Shown one piece after another: positions 56,102-57,499 of a stretch of 57,499 nucleotides of DNA (positions within the stretch are counted from its first letter, which is position 1; each line of letters begins with the position of its first letter). Below the pieces are notes generated by a model that was given only the letters and a program-made list of their open reading frames with translations, had not been told where the DNA came from and did no database searches. The translations under genes were made by a program, and so were the position numbers. Origin of the DNA: Desulfurococcales archaeon (GTDB lineage: Archaea; Thermoproteota; Thermoprotei_A; Sulfolobales; NBVN01); assembly GCA_015521295.1 (NCBI GenBank), contig WAOL01000065.1:1-57499 (forward strand). Direction: 5' to 3'.

Positions 56102-57466
56102 TCATGGTAGCTTAGAAGGTACGGCATTACTTAAGAGCCAAGCAACGTACAGCCACTGGAGTCCAACGTACAGTGGAACTACCCACCTCCATTTCCTCGA
56201 TCCCCATGCCTGACTTAACGCGTAAGCTACGAACAACCAGTACGCGGTGTTCATGAGTACTCTATGAACCATGAATCGAGGGGTTAAGGTGAGCAACGGG
56301 ACAAGTGTTAATGCGGTCGAGGTTAAGAATGGTAAGTATTTACTTAACTCCCCCTCTCTCCATACCTTAATACCCCCGGCCGTTGCCAGTAAATAAGTTA
56401 GCCATGTTGCTGGAACTCCCCAAAGCATGATTAATAGCTGGAAGTCCAACTGGGTTATTGTTGGCGCGCCACTAGCCAATAACTTGCCCGCGAGCACCAC
56501 ATACCTCGGGGACACTAATAACTCCCTTGCCACTAGCCATGAAGAACCGCTAACGACCCACGTAACAAGGGTGGGGATATCCAGAAGAAAGAGCGGCGTA
56601 TACAGTATCCAAGCCTCCGAGTGAGTAGCTGCTGTAGCTAGGGACGCTACCCCAAGCAATGCAAGCCTACGGATCTCTACGGAACTTTCACGCCACCCAA
56701 GCCGCCAATAAAGGGTAGCTAACGCTAAGCACATTGCCGCGAGGTTAGCGTGATAACCGCCAAAGACGAAGTAGAGGGGAACAGAAGCAAGGAGCGCGGC
56801 CGTGAACCCAAACCACTTTCCGATCCCCACCCTCCTACATACGCCTTCCGCAAGCACCGTCACCAAGGCACCAGCACCAGCTATGTAGAGTACGTCAAAC
56901 ACCCTGAACGGAATAAGCCTAGTTATCAGGAAGACGAACCCCACGAAGAGCGGTCTATCACCCTGATTGAACTCCAGTAACCTAACTGTTATGTTGCCCC
57001 ACTCAGTGCTCCGTAGCCAGCGCCAGTAGTAAATATGGTCAACATCAACTAACACGCCCCTAGGATTCAGCCACGGGTAGTAAGGAGCCATAAGCATTAT
57101 GAAAGCAATCAGCCAAGCGGTCACAGCCTCACTAAGCGTTAAGGAATCGCTACCAAATACCTTAACCCTAAGCAACCAGCCCCACTTAAGCCTCCTAGCC
57201 TGCCTTAGTAACGAAGCAACTAATAACCCGGTACACACAGCTAAGGCAACGTACCATACCTTAGCGGAAGGCACACCTGCAACGTACAAGGACAAAAGAA
57301 CGTACGCAACTCCGCGCCCGCCACCCAACGCTGCCACACCGCCGACAAACCCGATTATGAGTACGATGTAGGCAAGAGTCGCCCAGTACTCAAGCGCTGA
57401 CCTAATTCTAAGGAACGGAACCACACCCACAATCATGGCTACCCAAGACGCTATTAGGGCTGTCAC
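56102..57466 (-). CDS. Polytopic membrane protein (about 12 TM), possibly a glycan polymerase/transferase
   Basis: 454 aa, almost entirely hydrophobic helices, adjacent to nucleotide-sugar genes. No diagnostic motif recognised. Confidence 0.6.
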   Translation of the reverse strand: MTALIASWVAMIVGVVPFLRIRSALEYWATLAYIVLIIGFVGGVAALGGGRGVAYVLLSLYVAGVPSAKVWYVALAVCTGLLVASLLRQARRLKWGWLLRVKVFGSDSLTLSEAVTAWLIAFIMLMAPYYPWLNPRGVLVDVDHIYYWRWLRSTEWGNITVRLLEFNQGDRPLFVGFVFLITRLIPFRVFDVLYIAGAGALVTVLAEGVCRRVGIGKWFGFTAALLASVPLYFVFGGYHANLAAMCLALATLYWRLGWRESSVEIRRLALLGVASLATAATHSEAWILYTPLFLLDIPTLVTWVVSGSSWLVARELLVSPRYVVLAGKLLASGAPTITQLDFQLLIMLWGVPATWLTYLLATAGGIKVWREGELSKYLPFLTSTALTLVPLLTLTPRFMVHRVLMNTAYWLFVAYALSQAWGSRKWRWVVPLYVGLQWLYVAWLLSNAVPSKLP

Positions 57467-57499
57467 CCAAACACCCTCAACCCTAAGGCCGTAAGGAAC

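Overview
This window looks like a chromosomal segment of a hyperthermophilic crenarchaeote, probably of the Thermoproteales type. That placement is an inference from four things: an unsplit RpoB with a split RpoA'/A'', a tRNA intron at a non-canonical position, many C/D-box sRNAs, and TATA boxes about 25-30 nt upstream of start codons. Most of the window is densely packed housekeeping DNA. It includes dcd-thyX, DNA ligase, family-4 UDG, PolB, endonuclease V, proteasome beta and LeuRS. It also holds the conserved block rpoH-rpoB-rpoA1-rpoA2-L30e-nusA-S12-(insert)-S7-EF1alpha-S10-tRNASer. The right third is more accessory: cystathionine gamma-synthase, an MBL hydrolase, a GH31 alpha-glucosidase, a co-directional sulfate-activation island, and a nucleotide-sugar/glycan cluster. 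I found no CRISPR array, integrase or transposase. The points most worth a second look are: (1) a small 2-TM / polytopic / small 2-TM membrane trio (16788-18588) whose architecture resembles CedA1-CedA-CedA2 or the Ted DNA-import pilus modules; (2) a sulfate-activation island with no reductase or sulfotransferase, containing NPP- and DHH-family enzymes, two TauE permeases and two paralogous RHH regulators; (3) three genes whose conserved N-termini have no in-frame canonical start, each with an ATG exactly one nt out of frame; (4) at least six unannotated C/D-box sRNAs, one apparently aimed at the decoding-centre C1402 equivalent; (5) an RpoA'' with a basic N-terminal extension that looks duplicated; (6) a nuclease-like gene inserted antisense between S12 and S7. 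All protein calls rest on motif recognition by eye, since no searches could be run.
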